DNA of 12,469 nucleotides from a virus: UHGV virus genome UHGV-0112027; one strand, 5' to 3'. Shown piece by piece: positions 1 to 7,056 of this stretch (position 1 is its first letter; each line of letters starts with the position of its first letter). The notes under the pieces were generated by a model. It saw only the letters and a program-made list of their open reading frames with translations, ran no database searches and was not told where the DNA came from. The position numbers and the translations under genes were made by a program.

Positions 1-344
1 TTTAATTGGCTAATGAAGAATTGCTTCAGACCCTTCATTACATCCTGATTGTTGGTATCTGAGTAATTTATTATGCTCCCCATTGCCATGTTCAAACATC
101 GAACAATATTGGCTGCGTCATGAAAGCTCCAGTCAGCCCCTTTCTTTCCTTTTGAGTATGAATTCGCTCTCTCAGCGCAAGCTTTTAATGTCTCGTACAA
201 ATACTGCTTTCCTTGCAACTGCAAAGCTTTTTCGGATGTGGCCCTGCTAGCTTCTGAGGATCGCCATGCTAAATAAGTTGCTACCGCAGATGCGATAGCT
301 GCAATCGCAGAAACTGCATCTATACCGTTATCCCAACCAGACAT
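1..344 (-). CDS. Hypothetical protein, partial (C-terminus beyond window start); N-terminal hydrophobic segment suggests membrane association
   Basis: Minus-strand ATG at 344-342 preceded by GGGGG 5 nt upstream; reading frame stays open to position 3 (about 114 codons, translated by hand: MSGWDNGIDAVSAIAAIASAVATYLAWRS...). Absent from the ORF track because it is unterminated. AT-rich. Confidence 0.4.
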   Translation of the reverse strand, partial: MSGWDNGIDAVSAIAAIASAVATYLAWRSSEASRATSEKALQLQGKQYLYETLKACAERANSYSKGKKGADWSFHDAANIVRCLNMAMGSIINYSDTNNQDVMKGLKQFFISQL

Positions 345-350
345 AAAAAC

Positions 351-370
351 CCCCTCGATTATTTGAGGGG
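351..370 (-). terminator. Putative intrinsic terminator hairpin (CCCCTC-N8-GAGGGG) followed by a T-run on the minus strand; also overlaps the RBS of the downstream gene
   Basis: Inverted repeat cccctcgattatttgagggg at 351-370; on the minus strand the stem is followed by GTTTTT (345-350) directly before the ATG at 344. Confidence 0.35.
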
Positions 371-393
371 ATTATACCTTCAAAGTTTCCGCG

Positions 394-588
394 CTACCCA
401 TTCATAACTAAAGCTTTTGCTTTCCAATGAGAAAGCGCGCTATGTTCGCTAGAACCTGTTTCGACTATATGGCGCCCCCAGGAATCTCCCCATGCCCTCC
501 ACGTTGACTTGCCGGTTTGGACTACTGTGACAACATACTCTTTGCCGTCGATGTTAACTTCATGCTGCACTGGTGATTGTGATTTCAT
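394..588 (-). CDS. Hypothetical small nin-region protein (64 aa from ATG 588; ORF track frame extends to 615)
   Basis: ORF 394..615; internal ATG at 588 has an AGAGG Shine-Dalgarno 7 nt upstream, whereas the 615 ATG has none. No recognisable motif. Confidence 0.45.
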   Translation of the reverse strand: MKSQSPVQHEVNIDGKEYVVTVVQTGKSTWRAWGDSWGRHIVETGSSEHSALSHWKAKALVMNG

Positions 589-639
589 TTTCAAACCTCT
601 GCTTATCGTTGACATCGCAATTATGCTGTCACGACATAA

Positions 640-1446
640 TCACTTCGCCTCCTGCTGCGGTGCTGCTGCGATCATGGCCTTCCATTGGTGGTCTGGGCTC
701 CATAATCTACCGCCATCTTCACACTCTTCCTGCGCCTGATGGTACGCCTCACGCATTTCTGGAGTTGGCTCCTTAGGAACCAGCACCCAACCATCCGGAA
801 TCACCGGAGAGTTGCTGACGGGCGACTCGGAAATTTTTGGCGAAGAATCTAGGGCTGGCGCGGTCTGCATGGTGGTGGGCGACTCGGCTTTTTCGGCACC
901 CTGAAGCATGGCGTCGCGGCATCCGTCATACGCTTCTTTCATAGCATCACGCACCCATCCGACAGGTTTCTGCTCAGTCAACTCACACCATTTCTCGAAT
1001 GTGGGCACAGATACCGGAACTGGCGGTGCTGCATAAAGCGCCTGACAACTCCAGCCAGACCAGTGAGCACCCTCCGCTCTCTCATCATCTTCAGGGCGAA
1101 CAAGCGTGACTTCGCTCGGGTGTTTCCTGTGTGACCACAGCCAGGCTACGGTTTCGGCATTGGCTGGCTCTGGCGGGGCGGAGTAAAAATACTCATCCTC
1201 AATCCCATCAACGGGCTTTGAGAAGCCGATAAAATCACCATAATGCCAAGGATAGGGGCCGTATGGCTCAGAGGTCACACGACGCCACCGGTGAATGGCA
1301 GGCTCCGCTTCGAGCGATGCCAGCGCGATACGCAGTGCCGCCAGCGTGTTGCTGTCGCCTTCGTCCAGACCGAACGGGATTTCATCTCTGGCTGCTTCCA
1401 TGTCGGCAATTTTCTGCTGCAGCCATTGTTTGGTAATAGTGCTCAT
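640..1446 (-). CDS. Hypothetical prophage protein, 268 aa, with internal repeated P-x-E...EAY motifs; function unknown
   Basis: Long ORF; start ATG overlaps upstream stop (ATGA) with GGAG RBS; repeated segments KPVGWVRDAMKEAYDGCRDAM and PTPEMREAYHQAQEECEDGG. Confidence 0.6.
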   Translation of the reverse strand: MSTITKQWLQQKIADMEAARDEIPFGLDEGDSNTLAALRIALASLEAEPAIHRWRRVTSEPYGPYPWHYGDFIGFSKPVDGIEDEYFYSAPPEPANAETVAWLWSHRKHPSEVTLVRPEDDERAEGAHWSGWSCQALYAAPPVPVSVPTFEKWCELTEQKPVGWVRDAMKEAYDGCRDAMLQGAEKAESPTTMQTAPALDSSPKISESPVSNSPVIPDGWVLVPKEPTPEMREAYHQAQEECEDGGRLWSPDHQWKAMIAAAPQQEAK

Positions 1447-1856
1447 GATGCCTCTCCTTTACCGGATGCGGCGGCGATCAGCTTCTGCGCCTGCTGAATG
1501 TCAGGATTGCCTGCAATCATCACTTCTGGCGCGTCACAGTCACCGCCAAGGTCAAGAATGCGCTCATGTCCGGTACGCAGGCAGGATTTGTATCCTGAAA
1601 CCGTCTGCTTGAGCGATTCGGTCAGCACAGCAATCCTCTGGTCTTTGGCTTCCAGCTCATCCAGCAGCGCCAGCACTGTGGCTGGGTTGGCTGCGGAGTT
1701 CAGCGCGTTCAAGGCAGTGATATCTGCATCAAGCTGAGTTCATTCTGCCAGTGAGATATCGAAAATGTCATCAGGCGGCATAACACTAAGGCGCTCATGT
1801 GCACCAACTGCTGCCTCAGCGATTTCACGTAATGCGCGTTTGTCGATGTTGCTCAT
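1443..1856 (-). pseudogene. Ead/Ea22-like gene interrupted by a single in-frame TGA (codon 39, nt 1740-1742)
   Basis: ATG at 1856 gives MSNIDKRALREIAEAAVGAHERLSVMPPDDIFDISLAE, then TGA, then the same frame continues as TQLDADITALNALNSAANPATVLALLDELEAKDQRIAVL... to the stop at 1443. The track ORF 1443..1712 begins at a TTG in that same frame. The ANPA-VLALLDE coiled-coil motif matches my recollection of Ead/Ea22-like proteins. Confidence 0.5.
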
Positions 1857-2083
1857 TCTTCATCCTCCAACTCAGATACGGCGTCCATTACATCTGAGCC
1901 GCGAATGGTTTCGAATGCCACACAAGCCATTTCAAAGCACAGGCGCTCATGCGGGTGCGGAGATTGCCAATACTTGAAGCCAGGACGATGCGAATAGCCC
2001 TGCATCGCATAAAACTCTCCGGCCAATTCAATGGCGGCATCCACCAGTTCACGGTTTGTCATTGGTTTGTCGATGTTGCTCAT
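1853..2083 (-). CDS. Hypothetical small protein (76 aa), N-terminus MSNIDK shared with the neighbouring ea22-like gene
   Basis: ORF with ATG start overlapping the upstream stop (ATGA); translationally coupled chain downstream of ren. Confidence 0.5.
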   Translation of the reverse strand: MSNIDKPMTNRELVDAAIELAGEFYAMQGYSHRPGFKYWQSPHPHERLCFEMACVAFETIRGSDVMDAVSELEDEE

Positions 2084-2280
2084 TGGGCGGCCTCCTGGAT
2101 TAACTTTTCGAGAATGGCATCAAGGGCTTTCCGTTTTCCGATATACCCGCCACCAACCCACTCTCCACGAAGCAAGGCGTAATATTTCCCGTCGTCTTCG
2201 TGATACGGTCCTCGGATAGACCAGTCGGTTGTGATGGCGTCGATAGCCTTTTTAGTTTCTGCGAAATCCATCATGCTCAT
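2080..2280 (-). CDS. Hypothetical small protein (66 aa from ATG 2280)
   Basis: Track ORF 2080..2337; ATG at 2280 lies immediately after the ren stop with GGAGG 8 nt upstream; product MSMMDFAETKKAIDAITTDW... Confidence 0.5.
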   Translation of the reverse strand: MSMMDFAETKKAIDAITTDWSIRGPYHEDDGKYYALLRGEWVGGGYIGKRKALDAILEKLIQEAAQ

Positions 2281-2570
2281 ACCCCTACCCTCCCCCAAAC
2301 CATCAACACCCGCTTCATCGCGGCACTCTGGCGACACTCCTTAAAAATCAGGTTCGTGCTCATCTTTCCTTCCCGTTCTTCCCTGGTAGCAAACCGGTAA
2401 TACACCGTTCGCCAGACCTTACCTTCGATAACCAGAAGACCTGCCCGTGCCATTTTAGCCGCGGCCTGATTTATGCTGGTTACTGTTGCGCCTGTTAGCG
2501 CGGCAACGTCCGGCGCACAGAAGCTATTATGCGTCCCCAGGTAATGAATAATTGCCTCTTTGCCCGTCAT
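2277..2570 (-). CDS. ren: Ren (lambda Rex-exclusion-resistance protein)
   Basis: 97-aa product MTGKEAIIHYLGTHNSFCAPDVAALTGATVTSINQAAAKMARAGLL... matches my recollection of lambda Ren nearly residue for residue; ATGA overlap with the P stop, as in lambda. Confidence 0.85.
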   Translation of the reverse strand: MTGKEAIIHYLGTHNSFCAPDVAALTGATVTSINQAAAKMARAGLLVIEGKVWRTVYYRFATREEREGKMSTNLIFKECRQSAAMKRVLMVWGRVGV

Positions 2571-3268
2571 ACACTTGCTCCTTTCAGTCCGAACTTAGCT
2601 TTAATTTCTGCGATCTTCGCCAGAGCCTGTGCACGATTTAGAGGTCTACCGCCCATAACAGGAAGTTGTTTTACTGGTTCAGGTATCGTCTCACCACGGT
2701 TAATTCGCGCTGTCATACAGGTCAGTTCATCGGCAGCCTTGCGCCGTAATTCCGCATCAGTAAGCGCATTGGCCCGCATGTTCTGATACAGGTTGGTAAC
2801 CAGCCAGTAGTGCGCGTTTGATTTCCACGGATAAGACTCCGCATCCGGATACAGGCCTCGCTTCCGGCAATACTCGTAAACCATATCAACCAGCTCGCTG
2901 ACGTTTGGCAGTCCGGCGATAACGGATGCTTCTTCCCGGCACCATGCAACAAACTGCCCGGGTGATGGCAGAAATGGTCGATTCTGCCGACGGGCTACGC
3001 GCATTCCTGCGTTAACCTGTTCCATTGTGGTGATCCCGTTTTCCCGGAAAGCCAGAACCCACTGGCGGCGGATTTCGTTCAGTTCGTTCTGGTCACGGTT
3101 AGCCAGGCTCGCCGGGAAAGTTGCCAGTAACTGGCTGAACACACCGTTGATGATCTGCGCTACCTGCTGTACCTGCGGCTTTTCGTCGTACTGTTCCGGC
3201 ATGTTGTTGGCGATCCGGCGCATCTGCTCACGGTCAAAGTTAACCATCTGTGCGGCGATGTTTTTCAT
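2567..3268 (-). CDS. P: Replication protein P (DnaB helicase loader)
   Basis: 233-aa product MKNIAAQMVNFDREQMRRIANNMPEQYDEKPQVQQVAQIINGVFSQLL...AKFGLKGASV matches recalled lambda P almost exactly. Confidence 0.95.
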   Translation of the reverse strand: MKNIAAQMVNFDREQMRRIANNMPEQYDEKPQVQQVAQIINGVFSQLLATFPASLANRDQNELNEIRRQWVLAFRENGITTMEQVNAGMRVARRQNRPFLPSPGQFVAWCREEASVIAGLPNVSELVDMVYEYCRKRGLYPDAESYPWKSNAHYWLVTNLYQNMRANALTDAELRRKAADELTCMTARINRGETIPEPVKQLPVMGGRPLNRAQALAKIAEIKAKFGLKGASV

Positions 3269-4194
3269 AAATCCACCCCGTAAATCCAGTCAGTGTTTGT
3301 CAGGTCGAGTTTTGATTTTCCGGCTGTCACGCCAGCCTGTTGCTTGTTACGGTTGATTTCGAGTTGGGTCCACTTGTCGCGGAGTTTGGCCGGACTTAGC
3401 ACGTTACCGGACCAGAAGTTGTCCTGGCATGCCCAGCGGAACAGCACGCACATGTCGCGGTGGTTACGTCCGTCACGTTCACGCATCAGGCGGATATCGT
3501 TAGCCCACCCTGCAAAATTCGGTTTTCTGGCTGATGGCGCGATGGTCTTCACCATGTCAAACATCCACTCTGCGGCGGTCAGGTCTTCTGCTGTCCCCCA
3601 CCTGCTGCCGCTCTGAATTGCAGCATCTGGTTTCTCCACAGGAAGATCGTTTTCTGGTTGGTCAGAGGATTCGCCAGAATTCTCGGACGAATAAGGTTTT
3701 ATATTGTCTTTTGTTAGTTTGTCTTTTGTGTTTACCTGATTCGGGTAAGTGCCTTTACCTGATTTGGGTAAACTTTTCTTACCTGATTCAGGTAAATTTA
3801 CCTCTTTCAGGTAAACTTTATTTTTCTTACCTGATTCGGGTAATGTTGACCATTCACTGACCACATTATTAATGCCGATATTCCGCCCGCTCTGAATAAA
3901 AATCCCACGCTTTACCAGAACACTTTTTGCAGCAGAACACTTGTGCGGCAATATCCCGGTCAACTCGGAAAGTTGCTCGTTGCTCACCCAATCCAGTTTT
4001 TTATTAAAGCCATATGTTTTGCGCATGACAGCCAGGAAGACCAGAAGCTGGTGCTGTGTTAATCCGGCCAGCATCACAGCTTCCAGCAACTCATTTGCAA
4101 TGCGCGTATAACCATCATCGAGATCTGCCACGCGCGGCTCCTTTTGTGCCGCATCCGGCACTGGAAAATTGAATATCTCAGCAGTGTTTGCCAT
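3265..4194 (-). CDS. O: Replication initiator O-like protein (divergent N-terminal iteron-binding domain, lambda-type C-terminal P-interaction domain)
   Basis: ATG at 4194 with GGGAGG RBS 4 nt upstream (track ORF extends to an unlikely start at 4284). N-terminus MANTAEIFNF...VADLDDGYTRIANELLEA parallels lambda O (MTNTAKILNF...VADLDDGYARLSNMLLEA); C-terminus ...DLTNTDWIYGVDL is lambda-O-like; iterons lie inside the gene. Confidence 0.85.
   Translation of the reverse strand: MANTAEIFNFPVPDAAQKEPRVADLDDGYTRIANELLEAVMLAGLTQHQLLVFLAVMRKTYGFNKKLDWVSNEQLSELTGILPHKCSAAKSVLVKRGIFIQSGRNIGINNVVSEWSTLPESGKKNKVYLKEVNLPESGKKSLPKSGKGTYPNQVNTKDKLTKDNIKPYSSENSGESSDQPENDLPVEKPDAAIQSGSRWGTAEDLTAAEWMFDMVKTIAPSARKPNFAGWANDIRLMRERDGRNHRDMCVLFRWACQDNFWSGNVLSPAKLRDKWTQLEINRNKQQAGVTAGKSKLDLTNTDWIYGVDL
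3732..3843. repeat. Origin of replication iterons: five 17-bp palindromic repeats TTACCTGATTCGGGTAA (variants) inside the O gene, adjacent to an AT-rich tract (about 3700-3731)
   Basis: Copies at 3732-3748, 3755-3771, 3779-3795, 3798-3814 and 3827-3843; each is TTACC-N7-GGTAA; spacing 19-29 bp. Architecture matches ori-lambda (iterons then AT-rich region in the O reading direction), but the iteron sequence differs from what I recall for lambda. Confidence 0.85.
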
Positions 4195-4280
4195 AATTCC
4201 TCCCGCAATGAGTGTGTTACGATTTGCACCTGAAAGTCGGTTCTGTTCGCGCAGACCGGCTTTCGCCATTTCCGAACCTG

Positions 4281-4826
4281 TCATATTGCCCCCAGCATGG
4301 TGGTGACCATCGCCATCAGTGGACCAGCCAGATCCGGGTCCACACGAAACATCGACACAATGCCTTCACTCATCTCCTTCAGTTTCTGGTGGCGTGGTGC
4401 GTTGAGAATGACAGCCTGTTTTGCCTCACTGAGTTCCTTTTCCATTTCAGCCAGCCGAGCCATGAAGCTATCCTGCTCAACCAGGTGGCCGCGATATTCC
4501 AGCGGTAGTACCGCCAGAATTGCCGGGGTCAGTTCACGCACGTTATTTCGGTATTTTTCAGAATCGAATTTGTTATCGAGGAAGCGGAACAGCTTCTGGC
4601 GTGCACGGCTGACATCATCAGGGAAATCGATGGTGCCGCCGCCCTGCTCCCGATACTCATTCACAATGAGTGCGGCAACAACATCCTGATTATCTGCAGC
4701 CGACCAGGCGCGGACGGCATCACGGATTTTTTCGTGGCCTGGCACCTGTTTTGTTTGAGAACGATTTATCACCGCAGTCGGGCTAAATCCGCTAGTCTGT
4801 TGGTATGTAAGTGGTTGCATAGTCAT
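4281..4826 (-). CDS. YdaT-family protein (occupies the cII position downstream of cro)
   Basis: 181-aa ORF directly downstream of the cro-like gene; segments NEYREQGGGTIDFP and LTPAILAVLPLEYRGHL resemble recalled Rac YdaT-type proteins; AAGG RBS. Confidence 0.5.
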   Translation of the reverse strand: MTMQPLTYQQTSGFSPTAVINRSQTKQVPGHEKIRDAVRAWSAADNQDVVAALIVNEYREQGGGTIDFPDDVSRARQKLFRFLDNKFDSEKYRNNVRELTPAILAVLPLEYRGHLVEQDSFMARLAEMEKELSEAKQAVILNAPRHQKLKEMSEGIVSMFRVDPDLAGPLMAMVTTMLGAI

Positions 4827-4850
4827 TGCCTTATCAGTTAACGCCGCAGT

Positions 4851-5078
4851 TTAGGCGGCAGAATTACTCGCGTTAAACAATGGTGCGAGGTCGGGACGAA
4901 TATCTGCTGGTTTAATCTTTCCACCAGTGGCTGAGACAATTTTCATTACATAGCGGGCATCAATTCCGCCACCGTGTAGCCAACGCCAAACTGTGGGTTG
5001 GGCTACACCGCATAGATCTGCCAGTCGTTTTTGACTACCTGTAATACTGATTGCGAGTTGAATGGTTTGATTTGTCAT
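4851..5078 (-). CDS. cro: Cro-like HTH regulator (YdaS/Cro family)
   Basis: 75 aa from ATG 5078 (AGGA RBS 9 nt upstream; the track start at 5084 is a TTG); HTH signature GSQKRLADLCGVAQPTVWRWLHGG; divergent from the cI-like gene across an operator-rich intergenic region. Confidence 0.75.
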   Translation of the reverse strand: MTNQTIQLAISITGSQKRLADLCGVAQPTVWRWLHGGGIDARYVMKIVSATGGKIKPADIRPDLAPLFNASNSAA

Positions 5079-5084
5079 TATCAA

Positions 5085-5188
5085 TTCCTATTGGTATTGC
5101 AATGAATGAATAATAGCAATGCGTATTAATCCAAGCAATAGCAAAACGTGTTTTGACCATCAATACGCAAGCGTATAAATTAAAACTT
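5085..5188. promoter_or_regulatory. OR-like operator/promoter region: divergent PR (toward cro) and PRM (toward cI) with repressor-operator repeats
   Basis: Palindrome ATACGCAAGCGTAT (5163-5176); AATAGCAAT motif at 5112-5120 and 5137-5145, shared with the OL region; plus strand TTGACC (5153-5158) and TATAAAT (5174-5180) placing a start at about the cI ATG (leaderless, like lambda PRM); minus-strand candidate PR -35 TTGCTT (complement of 5133-5138), 17-bp spacer, -10 TATTAT (complement of 5110-5115). Confidence 0.55.
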
Positions 5189-5881
5189 ATGAAAAAAGAA
5201 ACTCTTGCTGATCGCTTAAACCTAGCGATGGAACAATCTGGAATGTCTCAAGGCGCTCTTGCAAAGGCGTCTGGCGTAGCTCAACCCACAATCTGGAGAC
5301 TGACAAGCGGCAACGCGCGCGGCTCAACAAAAATTGTTGAAATAGCTAATGCATTGGGTGTTCGAACAGAATGGCTCTCATCAGGCATAGGCCCGATGAG
5401 AAATGACGGTCAACAATCAGGGAAGCCTGCTGTCAGCCATTCCAAATACTTCAAGATTGACGTTCTTGATATAGAAGTCAGTGCCGGGCCGGGTGTAATC
5501 AACCGTGAGTTTGTAGAAGTTCTACGCTCGGTTGAGTACTCGTTTGACGATGCTCGTCACATGTTCGATGGCAGGAAGGCGGAAAATATCCGCATCATTA
5601 ACGTGCGTGGTGACAGCATGTCAGGAACGATCGAACCAGGTGATCTGCTGTTCGTTGATATCACAGTTAAATCTTTCGACGGTGATGGTATCTATGCGTT
5701 TCTGTACGACGACACAGCCCATGTAAAGCGCCTGCAAATGATGAAGGATAAGCTGCTGGTTATCTCTGATAACAAAAGCTACTCACCGTGGGACCCGATC
5801 GAGAAAGACGAGATGAACCGGGTGTTCATCTTCGGTAAGGTTATTGGGAGCATGCCGCAGACATACAGGAAGCATGGGTAA
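5189..5881 (+). CDS. cI: CI-type prophage repressor (N-terminal HTH, C-terminal LexA/S24-like autopeptidase domain)
   Basis: 230 aa from ATG 5189 (track start 5153 is a TTG inside the operator region). HTH MSQGALAKASGVAQPTIWRL; C-terminal S24 signature NVRGDSMSGTIEPGDLLFVD...HVKRL (Ser/Lys dyad context). Confidence 0.85.
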   Translation: MKKETLADRLNLAMEQSGMSQGALAKASGVAQPTIWRLTSGNARGSTKIVEIANALGVRTEWLSSGIGPMRNDGQQSGKPAVSHSKYFKIDVLDIEVSAGPGVINREFVEVLRSVEYSFDDARHMFDGRKAENIRIINVRGDSMSGTIEPGDLLFVDITVKSFDGDGIYAFLYDDTAHVKRLQMMKDKLLVISDNKSYSPWDPIEKDEMNRVFIFGKVIGSMPQTYRKHG

Positions 5882-5970
5882 AGCGTCTTCATGGGACCAA
5901 AGCTGACAAAAAAGCTGTAACATGTGATTAAAGCGATCTTTGGAGACACACTTTGCTTGTCCTGGTACAG

Positions 5971-5999
5971 TTGCTTTCATGTGACAAAGAGAACATAAT
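5971..5999 (+). promoter_or_regulatory. Candidate sigma70 promoter for the cargo cassette (TTGCTT, 17 bp, CATAAT)
   Basis: -35 TTGCTT at 5971-5976, 17-nt spacer, -10 CATAAT at 5994-5999; sits between the cI stop and the cargo ORFs. Confidence 0.35.
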
Positions 6000-6030
6000 T
6001 TGTACAGTCAGTTCTCTATGGAAAATCATC

Positions 6031-6210
6031 ATGTTCAAGAAAATTTTGAAGAAAGTGAAATCAGAGACGCCTTCACATGGTGTGGATGAACTCATTCAAC
6101 TTTTCGATGAGATAGATGAAAAGCAAAAAAGAATTCGCGAGGAAAAAGAAAAATTTAGAGAGGATTGGCAAAATGGAGCTCGAACAACAAAGCACAGATT
6201 CACTATTTGA
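6031..6210 (+). CDS. Small highly charged hypothetical protein (59 aa), overlaps the start of the 285-aa cargo ORF
   Basis: In-frame ATG at 6031 within track ORF 5953..6210; K/E-rich (EIDEKQKRIREEKEKFREDW); weak RBS; could be non-coding. Confidence 0.3.
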   Translation: MFKKILKKVKSETPSHGVDELIQLFDEIDEKQKRIREEKEKFREDWQNGARTTKHRFTI

Positions 6211-7030
6211 TTTTCTTTACATAGACCGTGTACGCGTTAGCTCCCTCACAGCCCAGCTTCACAATGCTGGTGTAGTGACGAGCGTAAAACAAACTACTTC
6301 TGACACAGATAAATCTAATAAATCCGTTGAATTAAGCGTCAAGATTCTTAAAGGAAAAGTGGGGACTGACGACACCTTAACACATTCGCAAGAGAAAACT
6401 TTCGACGCTTCATGGTCATTACCAATTAATTTTCTCGATAAATTAGATGAAGCAGGAATGATTAAAACTGGACTTAATGGTGAGAATCTTGGTTCAGTTG
6501 TTCATTCTGTTGGAAAAATGCGCATTTTTGATGTGTCAACTATTCAGAAAATTATGCCTATTTTTGGTGAGATAGCCCAAGCACAATTAAACACGGTCAA
6601 CCTTCCCCCAAAAGCCAAAGCGAAGCTTAAAGGGAAACTCACCCCAGATGAAATTGAGATATCTCCAGGGCTTACCATTGGTGTAGTTAAGAAACTCATT
6701 AATATCGTTCCCAACATCCTCCAGGTTGATTTTATTGATGAGAATGGCAACCTGATGTGGATGTCTATTGATAAAGAATATTTAACAATTAATCCTGATG
6801 ACTTAGCCTTAAAATATGGTGGCACCATACCGGGTACCTGGCATGTCATTGGATTGATTGATGCCTTGCCAGATTCTGTACAAGATCAGAATATCAATAA
6901 CCCTGATTTCCCTGAACACGATCTCAAGTCAGGATTACAATCCTTCCTGGATATGGTCAAGGTACAAGCTGGTAGAGGAAGTGATTCGTATGGGATGACA
7001 CCACTTCTCATCTTTAGAACAGTAGGCTGA
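6173..7030 (+). CDS. Hypothetical cargo protein (285 aa) at the rexAB-equivalent position; candidate phage-exclusion/abortive-infection factor of unrecognised family
   Basis: ATG 6173 with GAGG Shine-Dalgarno 9 nt upstream (track start 6116 is also an ATG but lacks an RBS); AT-rich (about 30-38% GC in sampled 60-nt stretches versus about 60% in bet); followed by a strong terminator; no Walker or other catalytic motif visible by eye. Confidence 0.7.
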   Translation: MELEQQSTDSLFDFLYIDRVRVSSLTAQLHNAGVVTSVKQTTSDTDKSNKSVELSVKILKGKVGTDDTLTHSQEKTFDASWSLPINFLDKLDEAGMIKTGLNGENLGSVVHSVGKMRIFDVSTIQKIMPIFGEIAQAQLNTVNLPPKAKAKLKGKLTPDEIEISPGLTIGVVKKLINIVPNILQVDFIDENGNLMWMSIDKEYLTINPDDLALKYGGTIPGTWHVIGLIDALPDSVQDQNINNPDFPEHDLKSGLQSFLDMVKVQAGRGSDSYGMTPLLIFRTVG

Positions 7031-7056
7031 TATTCTATTTACCTAACACACTATAA

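Noticed and set aside
1243-1737. Plus-strand ORFs 1243..1497, 1295..1612 and 1498..1737
   Set aside because: They overlap the translationally coupled minus-strand operon, are Ser/Ala/Arg-rich low-complexity translations typical of antisense frames, and have no start signals.
3732-3843. Regularly spaced short repeats that could be mistaken for a CRISPR array
   Set aside because: The repeats are 17-bp palindromes with irregular 2-12 bp spacers, lie inside the O coding sequence, and fit the lambdoid origin iteron architecture; there is no leader or cas context.
5153-5188. TTG start at 5153 for cI, giving an N-terminal extension MTINTQAYKLKL
   Set aside because: The extension would overlap the operator/promoter elements; the ATG at 5189 directly follows a -10 element, consistent with a leaderless cI transcript as in lambda.
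6116-6172. Upstream ATG at 6116 as the start of the cargo protein (lysine-rich N-terminal extension)
   Set aside because: No Shine-Dalgarno precedes it, whereas the ATG at 6173 has a well-spaced GAGG; kept only as an alternative.
6544-6849. Minus-strand 101-aa ORF inside the cargo gene
   Set aside because: Antisense to the better-supported 285-aa ORF in AT-rich DNA with no RBS; probably spurious.
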